Of a DNA stretch of 33,001 nt, positions 4,616 to 13,200 are shown in pieces. Each line of letters opens with the position of its first letter. Positions within the stretch are counted from its first letter, which is position 1. The notes below the pieces were generated by a model. The model was not told the origin of the DNA. It did no database searches and saw nothing but the letters and a program-made list of their open reading frames with translations. A program made the position numbers and the translations under genes. The stretch covers positions 1-33,001 of the IMG/VR virus record IMGVR_UViG_3300032229_000638, one strand, 5' to 3'. This stretch comes from a virus (lineage: Duplodnaviria > Caudoviricetes).

Positions 4616-4801
4616 TATTCGTTCGTGCGTTATAGCAGTTCCCGCCGTGTTTGGGGGCGCCCGTATAAAAACCCATGACTCCCCTAACCTACAAAGTGTT
4701 ACGGACGCGATCGATCTATAAGACTCATATCATTTCAAAAAACCGGGGGCCAAAATTTATGATAAAATACCTTATGATCTAAAAAATTTTCCCAGAAAAA
4801 A

Positions 4802-5050
4802 ATGGCCCGTAGACCTCAACCAACATATCGCCCCCAGAACATGTGCTGGTCATGTTGGTACACATGGTATCCGCGTGGCAAAGATTATTCACTGAGATGT
4901 CCCAATTGTGGATCATCGAGAACTGGACCTGATATCACACTATTCATTGTACTACTTGGACTGGTCGGGATATACTTTGCAATTGCATACTGGTATATTG
5001 TAATACCTGCATGGATCTTTCTATTTTTGATTTCCAAAATTGCAAAATAA
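4802..5050 (+). CDS. Zn-ribbon plus transmembrane small protein (82 aa)
   Basis: CWSC...CPNCG then a long hydrophobic C-terminal segment. Confidence 0.7.
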   Translation: MARRPQPTYRPQNMCWSCWYTWYPRGKDYSLRCPNCGSSRTGPDITLFIVLLGLVGIYFAIAYWYIVIPAWIFLFLISKIAK

Positions 5051-5091
5051 TATATAATTTGAGAAAATCAAAATATTGTGTGTATAAACAA

Positions 5092-5259
5092 ATGAGAAAA
5101 AATGAAAATTCTTTTCAATCAGTTCAGGTAGACCCCATCACCGGCGAATACTATGTTATAATTCCTGAGTGGATCGCAAACGAACTTTCATGGTATGAAG
5201 ATACCGAAATCAAGTTTACTCTTGATGGAAATGAAGTGGTGCTATCCGAAAAAAACTAA
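5092..5259 (+). CDS. AbrB/MazE/SpoVT-family DNA-binding protein (55 aa)
   Basis: GEYYVIIPEWIANELSWYEDTEIKFTLDGNEVVLS fits the swapped-hairpin pattern (IP...L-x-W-x-x-(G/D)...I); start reassigned to ATG 5092. Confidence 0.7.
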   Translation: MRKNENSFQSVQVDPITGEYYVIIPEWIANELSWYEDTEIKFTLDGNEVVLSEKN

Positions 5260-5263
5260 CATC

Positions 5264-5292
5264 TTGACAAGGACTATATAATGAGTTATGAT
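5264..5292 (+). promoter_or_regulatory. sigma70-type promoter TTGACA-17 bp-TATGAT
   Basis: Consensus -35 at 5264-5269 and -10 at 5287-5292. Confidence 0.8.
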
Positions 5293-5314
5293 TCTGATGT
5301 AATCGCTTTCTATT

Positions 5315-6076
5315 ATGGCTAAAGGATTTACTGTTAAAGCAAAAGCACCGGTTGCACCAAAGCAACAATCTGAGGAGTGGGATTATGATTTAGCACGAGA
5401 AATGATTCGTGGTAAGTCCGTTGTATTCTGTCTTCCTGGAAGAGGTGTTTCATATACGTTTTTAAAGAGTTTTGTACAACTTTGTTTTGATCTTGTACAG
5501 AACGGAGCTAATATTCAAATCTCGCAAGATTATTCCTCGATGGTTAATTTTGCACGTTGCAAGTGCCTTGGTGCGAATGTTCTTGCAGGTCCTGATCAGA
5601 TTCCCTGGCAAGGTAAACTGGCATATGACTATCAACTCTGGATTGACTCTGACATTGTGTTCAATTCCGAGAAGTTCTTCCAACTCGTTCTGTTAGATCA
5701 AGATATTTCTGCAGGTTGGTATTGCACTGAAGATGGTCACACAACTTCTGTTGCACACTGGTTGGAAGAGGATGACTTCCGTAACAATGGTGGAGTCATG
5801 AATCATGAAACTCTGGAGAGCATTCAGAAGCGTCGTAAGCCTTTCACGGTTGACTACACTGGTTTTGGATGGCTTCTGATTAAGAAGGGTGTCTTTGAGC
5901 ATTCTGAGATGAAGTATCCTTGGTTTGCACCGAAGATGCAAGTTTTCGAATCTGGGCAAGTACAAGACATGTGTGGTGAAGACGTTTCTTTCTGTCTCGA
6001 TGCAAAAGATGCAGGATTCGAAATCTGGTGCGATCCACGCATTCGTGTTGGTCATGAGAAGACTCGCGTAATCTGA
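5315..6076 (+). CDS. GT-A fold (GT2-like) glycosyltransferase, 253 aa
   Basis: WIDSDIVF (DxD), GFGWLLIKKGVFE, GEDVSFC and IWCDPRIRVGH motifs. Confidence 0.8.
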   Translation: MAKGFTVKAKAPVAPKQQSEEWDYDLAREMIRGKSVVFCLPGRGVSYTFLKSFVQLCFDLVQNGANIQISQDYSSMVNFARCKCLGANVLAGPDQIPWQGKLAYDYQLWIDSDIVFNSEKFFQLVLLDQDISAGWYCTEDGHTTSVAHWLEEDDFRNNGGVMNHETLESIQKRRKPFTVDYTGFGWLLIKKGVFEHSEMKYPWFAPKMQVFESGQVQDMCGEDVSFCLDAKDAGFEIWCDPRIRVGHEKTRVI

Positions 6077-6231
6077 TGGCAAAATACGATATTCTTTGTA
6101 AAGGACGTAAAATTTATACAAATCTTACGGAAGAAGAATACTTCGATACAATGGAGGACCTGGCAATTGAGTATTATCAGTCAGGTTCTCCTCATCCCAA
6201 CGACCTTGAAACCGAAATTATTGGAGATTAA
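6076..6231 (+). CDS. Small acidic hypothetical protein (51 aa)
   Basis: Translated by hand: MAKYDILCKGRKIYTNLTEEEYFDTMEDLA...; TGATG overlap with the upstream stop. Confidence 0.75.
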   Translation: MAKYDILCKGRKIYTNLTEEEYFDTMEDLAIEYYQSGSPHPNDLETEIIGD

Positions 6232-6233
6232 TT

Positions 6234-6380
6234 ATGGCAGTTAAAAAATCACTGAGTGGTTCGAAGAGTAAAATTGAATCGAAACCCAAAAAGACCTTGC
6301 AGGGCATGGGTGCTCATACTAAGTATTCCGCAACGTCTCGCAATGGGGCTAAAAAACGGTACAGAGGTCAAGGGCGATGA
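6234..6380 (+). CDS. Small basic protein ending KRYRGQGR (48 aa)
   Basis: Translated by hand; GGAG SD at 6223-6226; YRGQG C-terminus recalled from many phage small basic proteins. Confidence 0.75.
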   Translation: MAVKKSLSGSKSKIESKPKKTLQGMGAHTKYSATSRNGAKKRYRGQGR

Positions 6381-6499
6381 CCACACCCAAGAAACCTAAA
6401 AAGAATCCAACTTTTGGAAATGGAGATCGACGTAAGGCCACTGGTCAGTGTCGATCCACCGCCCAAAAAAATGCATCAAACAAGAGAAAAACAAAATAA
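6377..6499 (+). CDS. Small Lys/Arg-rich protein (40 aa)
   Basis: Translated by hand: MTTPKKPKKNPTFGNGDRRKATGQCRSTAQKNASNKRKTK; ATGA overlap; followed by a terminator. Confidence 0.6.
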   Translation: MTTPKKPKKNPTFGNGDRRKATGQCRSTAQKNASNKRKTK

Positions 6500-6504
6500 T
6501 TCTC

Positions 6505-6533
6505 AAATCCCGCTCTTAGGAGTGGGATTTTTT
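6505..6533 (+). terminator. Intrinsic terminator
   Basis: AAATCCCGCTC-TTAG-GAGTGGGATTT plus T-run. Confidence 0.85.
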
Positions 6534-6565
6534 ATAAGTATTTCTAAGAATTGAAAAATATTCAT

Positions 6566-7165
6566 ATGTATTGCACAGATGTGGGAACTGAATGGAGACA
6601 CATTCATCCTGAGGATCTTTGGGTTTACAATAAGTTGATCTTAAGTACCCGTTTGGGGTATACCTGTGGTCCTGCAGGTCTTGTAGTGCCTTATCCTGGG
6701 TCTTATGTGGTGCGTCCTTGTATGAATTTACTCGGAATGGGGCGCTTTGCTCGTATCGAATTTATCTCTAGAACGACAGAACACTTACATCCAGCTGAAT
6801 TTTGGTGTGAAAAGTTTTTTGGTGAACACATCAGTGTTGATTTCCACAAAAAGAAAGCAGATTTAGTTGTTAAAGGAACAAAAGATGTTCAAAATCCTCT
6901 TTATAAGTGGGAGAAGTGGGAAAAAATTGATAAAAATGTGAATTTTCCTGAAATTTTGCAAAATTTAGTCGGTAACTATGAATGGATTAACTGTGAATTT
7001 ATTGAAAATAGTCTAATTGAAGTTCACTTTCGCAGAAATCCTGATTTCCGACACGGAAATTCTGTCGCACTACCAGTTTGGGATGATGAAAATTTAGAAA
7101 ATGCTGACAATTACTCTTATATTAATGACCCGGACTACAAGAGAAAAGGATTTTTTGTAAAATAA
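6566..7165 (+). CDS. Phage protein with ATP-grasp-like motifs (~199 aa)
   Basis: YVVRPCMNLLGMG, WCEKFFGEHISVD and INCEF...IEVHFR resemble ATP-grasp motifs; ATG 6566 preferred over TTG 6551; late-like TATAAGTA at 6533-6540. Confidence 0.6.
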   Translation: MYCTDVGTEWRHIHPEDLWVYNKLILSTRLGYTCGPAGLVVPYPGSYVVRPCMNLLGMGRFARIEFISRTTEHLHPAEFWCEKFFGEHISVDFHKKKADLVVKGTKDVQNPLYKWEKWEKIDKNVNFPEILQNLVGNYEWINCEFIENSLIEVHFRRNPDFRHGNSVALPVWDDENLENADNYSYINDPDYKRKGFFVK

Positions 7166-7200
7166 ATAACAAGTTAATAAAATTCAAAGGGTATGAGGAA

Positions 7201-7542
7201 TTGGAAAGGTTTTCAATGGGAAATCACCTCTTGTTAGAGGTTTATGACGTAAAACATTGCCTATTAAATGATGGCAATACACTAGTCGAAGTCATGAAAA
7301 GGGGAATAGAACGTGCCCAGATGACCATTTTAAACGTGTTTAAACACGAATTTGAACCACAAGGCGTAACCATAGTTATCGCCCTATCAGAGAGTCATGT
7401 ATCGTGCCACACATGGCCTGAAGAAGGATCCATTGCTATAGACGTATACACCTGCGGTGCAGGAAAACCAAAATTAGTTGCACTAGAACTTTTAAAATAC
7501 TTGGAATCAGACAACTATAAAATTCGTCATTTAGATCGTTAA
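7201..7542 (+). CDS. speD: S-adenosylmethionine decarboxylase proenzyme (pyruvoyl-dependent, class 1B)
   Basis: GNHLLLE, FEPQGVT, LSESHVSCHTWPE (E-S self-cleavage site) and DVYTCG motifs; start is TTG 7201 or ATG 7216. Confidence 0.93.
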   Translation: MERFSMGNHLLLEVYDVKHCLLNDGNTLVEVMKRGIERAQMTILNVFKHEFEPQGVTIVIALSESHVSCHTWPEEGSIAIDVYTCGAGKPKLVALELLKYLESDNYKIRHLDR

Positions 7543-7550
7543 ATAGTAAT

Positions 7551-7606
7551 AAGGAGATAGCAACCTCCTTTATAAAAGTTCTGTTTTTAATTTAAAAACA
7601 GGAGCT
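7551..7606 (+). promoter_or_regulatory. Tandem hairpins occluding the SD of ORF 7610
   Basis: AAGGAG/CTCCTT stem (7551-7570) and CTGTTTTTA-ATT-TAAAAACAG stem (7581-7601) overlapping AGGAG at 7600-7604. Confidence 0.55.
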
Positions 7607-7609
7607 AAC

Positions 7610-7858
7610 ATGTCTAACGGCAAAGTTGATAGAAATCGTGAATACATGAGACAAATGTGGGGGACCACAAGTCTTGTAACAGACTATACACCTCAGCATG
7701 ATTCGTCACAAAGAGTTATTCAAGAAATTATGCACGATTATGCACCAAAGCATGATCTAAAAAAACAAACTGATCTTCATGAAAAAATTCGCAATGATCA
7801 AGACTATGATGATTGGGAATATGGAACTGAACCATCTTATGGATCTGCCTGGAAATAG
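7610..7858 (+). CDS. Hypothetical protein (82 aa)
   Basis: ORF with AGGAG SD; sits directly upstream of gp25. Confidence 0.8.
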   Translation: MSNGKVDRNREYMRQMWGTTSLVTDYTPQHDSSQRVIQEIMHDYAPKHDLKKQTDLHEKIRNDQDYDDWEYGTEPSYGSAWK

Positions 7859-7859
7859 G

Positions 7860-7867
7860 CATAAATA
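7860..7867 (+). promoter_or_regulatory. T4-type late promoter (CATAAATA)
   Basis: Near-match to TATAAATA 20 bp upstream of gp25; similar ATAAATA boxes at 7162, 10109 and 23754. Confidence 0.65.
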
Positions 7868-7887
7868 ACTGAAGAATTTTATGTAAA

Positions 7888-8289
7888 ATGGCAGTCGAAA
7901 GGATATCTAGATCATTTAAAGATATTAGTTTATCCTTTGTACCGCATCCCGTAACAAAGGATCTACCGGTGCTGCTTAATGAAAATGCAATTATAAGATC
8001 GGTTCGTAATCTTGTAGAGACGATCCCTGGAGAAAGATTCTTTAATCCATTTTTAGGATCTAAAGTGAGATCGTCTCTATTTGATTTTGTAGATTATGGT
8101 ACAGCATCTGTTATTCAAACAGAAATACTTGATACTATTTCAAACTTTGAACCACGAGTACAAAATGTAACTGTAATTGTGAATCCGGAACCGGATTTAA
8201 ATTCCTTTGAAGTTACAGTTAAGTTTGAAATTATTGGTCAACCAGTGCCAGCACAACAATTTACATTTTTACTAGAGGCAACAAGATAA
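7888..8289 (+). CDS. gp25: Baseplate wedge subunit gp25
   Basis: AIIRSVRNLVETIPGERFFNPFLGS...FEPRV motifs of GPW/gp25; synteny. Confidence 0.95.
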   Translation: MAVERISRSFKDISLSFVPHPVTKDLPVLLNENAIIRSVRNLVETIPGERFFNPFLGSKVRSSLFDFVDYGTASVIQTEILDTISNFEPRVQNVTVIVNPEPDLNSFEVTVKFEIIGQPVPAQQFTFLLEATR

Positions 8290-8290
8290 A

Positions 8291-10219
8291 ATGCCTTTTA
8301 CTAAGTTTACAAATCTAGACTTTGATCAAATAAAAACATCCATCAAGGATTATCTCCGTGCGAACCCTACATTCACGGACTTTGATTTTGATGGATCGAA
8401 TTTTTCTGTCTTAATAGACACACTAGCATACAATACATATATTACTGCATTCAATTCGAACATGGTTGTCAATGAATCCTTTTTGGATTCAGCAACTCTT
8501 CGTGAAAATGTTGTTTCTCTTGCAAGAACGATTGGTTATGTACCACAGTCCAGAAGATCTGCAAAAGCAACAATTAGTTTTAGTGTACCATTTGATCAGG
8601 AAGTTTCTACTAAAACAGCAAGTGCAATACTAAAAGCAGGTCTGGTGTGCACTGGCGCTGTAGCAGAATCAACATATGTATTTTCAATTCCGGCAGATAT
8701 TACAAGACCAATTGAAAATAATGTTGCAGTATTTGATCAAATTGAAATTCATGAAGGAACATATCTAACAAAACAGTTTGTATATAATGGATCTCTTGAT
8801 CAAAAATTTATTTTAGATAATCCATATATCGATACTAGTACAATTACAGTTTATGTAAAAGGTGCCGCTGATAGTGGTCTTGGATTAAAATACTCCCTTG
8901 TAGATAATGTTGTAAACATTACAAAATCATCTCAGATCTATTTGATTCAAGAAATCCAAGATGAAAAATATGAATTAATTTTTGGAGATGGTGTTTTTGG
9001 AAAGAAACTTGAAAATGGAGCAGTAATTACAGTCTCTTATATTGTAAGCACTGGACTTGCTGGAAATGGTGCAAAAGTTTTTAATTTTTCAGGAAGTTTT
9101 AGAGGATCACTAGATCAAATTATTGTTCCAAATACAGCTGTACCAGTTACAACAAATATTTCCTCTATAGGTGGTTCTGAAATAGAATCTATTGATTCAA
9201 TTAGAAATTTTGCACCAAAAGCTTATTCTGCACAAAACAGAGCGGTTACCGCTCGTGATTATGAAACCATCATTCCTACAATTTATCCAAATACAGAATC
9301 TGTTTCAATTGTTGGGGGAGAAGAATTAACTCCTCCACAATATGGTGTAGTACAGATTAGCATTAAACCTAAAAATGGATTTTTCGTTTCCGACTTTGAT
9401 AAAACACAAATTATTAGTAAGTTAAAGCAATATAGTCTTTCTGGTATTAAACAGAATATTATTGACCTTAAAATTCTTTATGTTGAAGTCGATGCATATG
9501 TTTATTATAATGCATCACAGACCAGTTCTGCGGAGTTTTTATTAAACAGAGTTAATTCATCACTGACAACATATGCAAACTCTACAGACTTGAACAAGTT
9601 TGGAGGAAGATTTAAATATAGTAAAATTTTACAAGTTATTGATAGTACAGACATTTCAATAACTTCTAATATCACTAGAGTTAAAATTAGAAGAAATTTG
9701 GCAGCCGCAATTGCAAGTTTGGCGCAATATGAACTTTGCTTTGGAAATAAATTTCATATCAATCCTGCTGGATATAATATTAAATCTACTGGGTTTAAAA
9801 TTGATGGTTTTGTAGATACTGTTTATATTACAGATATTCCAAGAAAAAATTCTAAAGGGGACTTAGATGGAAGTGGTCTTGGAATAATTTCAATTGTAAA
9901 ACCAGCAGACTCTGCTGGAGATATTAATGTTGTTGTAAAGTCTGCAGGAACTGTGGATTATAATAAAGGAGAAATTAAATTAAGTCCAGTAATTATTAGT
10001 TCTACTGATCTTGAAAATAATATTATTGAAATTCAAGCCTTTCCAGAATCAAATGATGTTGTAGGATTGAAAGATTTATACATTTATTTTGATGTTTCAA
10101 AAAGTAAAATAAATATGGTTAAAGACGTTATTACTTCTGGAGAGGATATATCTGGTGTACAATTTACGAGAGATTACTTTACTTCAAGTTATTCTAATGG
10201 CAATTTAAAGAGGATGTGA
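8291..10219 (+). CDS. gp6: Baseplate wedge subunit gp6
   Basis: LDFDQIKTSIKDYL, FTDFDFDGSNFSVLIDTLAYNT, ESFLDSATLRENVVSLA, QNRAVTARDYE. Confidence 0.95.
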   Translation: MPFTKFTNLDFDQIKTSIKDYLRANPTFTDFDFDGSNFSVLIDTLAYNTYITAFNSNMVVNESFLDSATLRENVVSLARTIGYVPQSRRSAKATISFSVPFDQEVSTKTASAILKAGLVCTGAVAESTYVFSIPADITRPIENNVAVFDQIEIHEGTYLTKQFVYNGSLDQKFILDNPYIDTSTITVYVKGAADSGLGLKYSLVDNVVNITKSSQIYLIQEIQDEKYELIFGDGVFGKKLENGAVITVSYIVSTGLAGNGAKVFNFSGSFRGSLDQIIVPNTAVPVTTNISSIGGSEIESIDSIRNFAPKAYSAQNRAVTARDYETIIPTIYPNTESVSIVGGEELTPPQYGVVQISIKPKNGFFVSDFDKTQIISKLKQYSLSGIKQNIIDLKILYVEVDAYVYYNASQTSSAEFLLNRVNSSLTTYANSTDLNKFGGRFKYSKILQVIDSTDISITSNITRVKIRRNLAAAIASLAQYELCFGNKFHINPAGYNIKSTGFKIDGFVDTVYITDIPRKNSKGDLDGSGLGIISIVKPADSAGDINVVVKSAGTVDYNKGEIKLSPVIISSTDLENNIIEIQAFPESNDVVGLKDLYIYFDVSKSKINMVKDVITSGEDISGVQFTRDYFTSSYSNGNLKRM

Positions 10220-10220
10220 T

Positions 10221-13200
10221 ATGATACAAACTGGGTTTGACACTAGAATTAAAGTACAGCAGATAATTGAGAATCAACTTCCGGAATTTATAATTGATGA
10301 AAATCCAAATGCTTCTGAATTTTTAAAGCAATATTATACTTCACAGGAGTATCCTGGAGGAACAACGGACATTGTTGAAAATTTAGATCAATATTTAAAA
10401 ATTGATGTTTTAAGTTCTGGCGTAATTGATAACACAACCAAACTATATTCTGGAATTTCTTCAACTACAACAGAAATTACTGTTGCATCAACTAAAGGAT
10501 ATCCACAAAAATATGGATTATTGAATATTGGTAATGAAATAATCACATACACTGGAATTGCAGGAAGTACTTTCACCGGATGTATTCGTGGATTTAGTGG
10601 CATTACCAGTTATCATAGTCCAAATGACCAAGAAGAATTAGTTTTTTCAACTTCTAGTAGAAATCCTCATGCTGTTGGGACAGCAGTTACAAACTTAAGT
10701 GCACTATTTTTAAAGGAATTTTATAAAAAAACTAAGTATTCTTTTGCTCCAGGATTAGAAAATGTTGACTTTATTTCACAATTAAATGTTGCTAATTTCA
10801 TAAAGAGTGCAAAGGAATTTTATCAGTCAAAAGGAACTAAAGAATCTTTTAGAATTTTATTTAATATTCTTTATGGAGTTAGTCCAACTGTATTAAACCT
10901 AGGAGAACTTCTAATTAGACCATCTGCAGCTTCTTATTTAAGAAGAGAAGAAGTTGTTGCGGAAAGAATATCTGGTGATCCTTCTAAAATTGTAGGTCAA
11001 ACAATTGTAAAATCTACCGATCCCGCAACCACAGCGTCAGTATCTCAGGTTGAAATTTTTACCGCAGATAACAAGCAATATTATAAACTTTCTTTATTCG
11101 TTGGTTATGAAGAAAGTTCTGCAATTACTGGTACTTTTACAATTCCGGGTAAAACAAAAGTTGTAGAAAAGGTTTCAATTGGATCTTCAGTTGTTACTGT
11201 AGATTCAACCATTGGTTTCCCACAATCCGGAACTTTGATTTGCAATAAAAATATTATCAATTATTCTGATAGAAGTATTAATCAGTTCTTTGGATGTTCT
11301 GGTATTACGAGTTCTATTCTTCCATCTGATGATATTCGTATTAATGAAACCGTTTATGCGTATGAAGATGGTGATCTTTCAAGAAAAGTAGAATTAAGAA
11401 TTACGGGTGTTTTATCTGGATTTGTTCAAGAAACAAATAATATTTCTATTAGCGAAAATGAAGAAATTTTTGTTAAAAACTTAGGGCAAATTATTACTAA
11501 TGCTCAAGATTCTAACAAAGACTATAAAAATATTTTTGCAAATGCTTGGATTTATAATACTAGTTCTAGATATAAAATTAGTCAAATTAGTGGTTCAACA
11601 TTTACTCTTTCTAGTAAAATTGATAAATCAAGTTTAAAAGAAGGGGACAAAATAGAAATTTTATTTAGAGGTACTGAAAATCTAGCATCTTCTATCCTAA
11701 ATGAACCATTTATTCAAAGTATAGATGCTGCAAATAATCAAGTTATCATCGGAAATAATGATGGATTTGTTTATAATCAAAATCTTGAATATGATTTGAG
11801 AAGAAAAGTAAGCACTGTAAAAAGTAGTGGAGCACCTATTGAATTTGGAAATAATCTTTTAACTTCTGATATACAAAATGTTTATGTCGATGATCAGCAA
11901 AATCAAATTTATGTGGCATCTGGAAGTCTGCCATCATATACAATAGAAAAAAATCTTTTTAAATCAATTATTCCAGAAGCCACTGGTTCAAAAAGTCAAA
12001 GTGAACAAGGAAAAGGATATTTACAAGGATTTGAAGATGAATCTCAAACATTTTCAATAATTTCATTCCCAGATCCAGTTCCATTTATTCGTGGAGATGA
12101 AGTTTTTTATATTCCAGAATCAAAAACAATACCACTTTTAGATAGTGGAGAAATTTATTATGTCGATGTAATATCATCAAACAAAATTAGACTTTATAGA
12201 TCAAGATCCTTAGTAGGATCTTCAGAATATGTAAAATTTAGATCTCTCGATGCTAAAACTGGTTCTCAAACTTTTATTTTAAATTCCCAAAGATTTCAAT
12301 TTATTTCTTCTCAAAAACTTTTAAGAAAATTTAATTTGAATCAAAATACGGAAAGTACTGGAGAAGAAACTAAATCTGGAACTGTCGGTATTTTAATTAA
12401 TGGTGTAGAAATTCAAAATTATAAGTCTGATGACAAAGTTTATTATGGTCCATTAACATCCGTTAAAGTTTTAAATGGTGGAAAAGATTATGATGTTATT
12501 AATCCTCCCGTACTAGAAGTTACTACAGGAACAGGAGTTACTGCATTAATTCAACCAGTTTTAGAAGGATCCGTAAAAAATATTTTAGTTGATCCACAAG
12601 ACTTTGATTTAAATACCGTCGTTTCTGTTGCTGTTACTGGAGGTAATGGAACAGGAGCTCTTTTACAACCTATTATTCAAAAAAGAAGAAGAGAAGTATC
12701 TTTTGATGCTAGACAAATTAGTGGTACTTCTGGTGGTTTGGATATTAACAATGACACTATTACATTCTTAACCAATCATAATTTTAATACAGGAGATTCT
12801 GTAATTTATGATTCCAATGGAAATAATCCTATAGGTATAGCAACAAATTATTCAAATACTTTTGATCAAGGCATATATCTTGCCTCTAATGGAATTTATT
12901 ACATTTCAGTAGTAAATAACAAAACTATTCAATTATTTAATTCAAAATCAAATGCCATTGCTGGTGTCAATACTGTTCCTTTTTCAGTAGCTAACAATAA
13001 TGGTATTCATAAATTCAAATCAGGAGTAATTAGAAATACTATTAGTGAAATTAAAGTAATTAATGGTGGAACTGGATATACTAATCGTAAATTAATTGTA
13101 AAACCTTCTGGTATTTCTACATTTAATCACACTGTTAATTTTATAAATCATGGATTTAATGAAAAAGATTTAATTGTTTACAATTATGAAACTAGTCAAA

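Noticed and set aside
1013-5091. ORF-track starts at 1013, 1847, 3179, 3869 and 5011
   Set aside because: These N-terminal extensions overlap promoters, hairpins or upstream genes; ATGs at 1100, 1916, 3242, 3938 and 5092 fit better
5462-6121. ORFs 5462..5683, 5472..5696, 5693..6121 and 5854..6042
   Set aside because: Shadows or alternative frames within the glycosyltransferase gene
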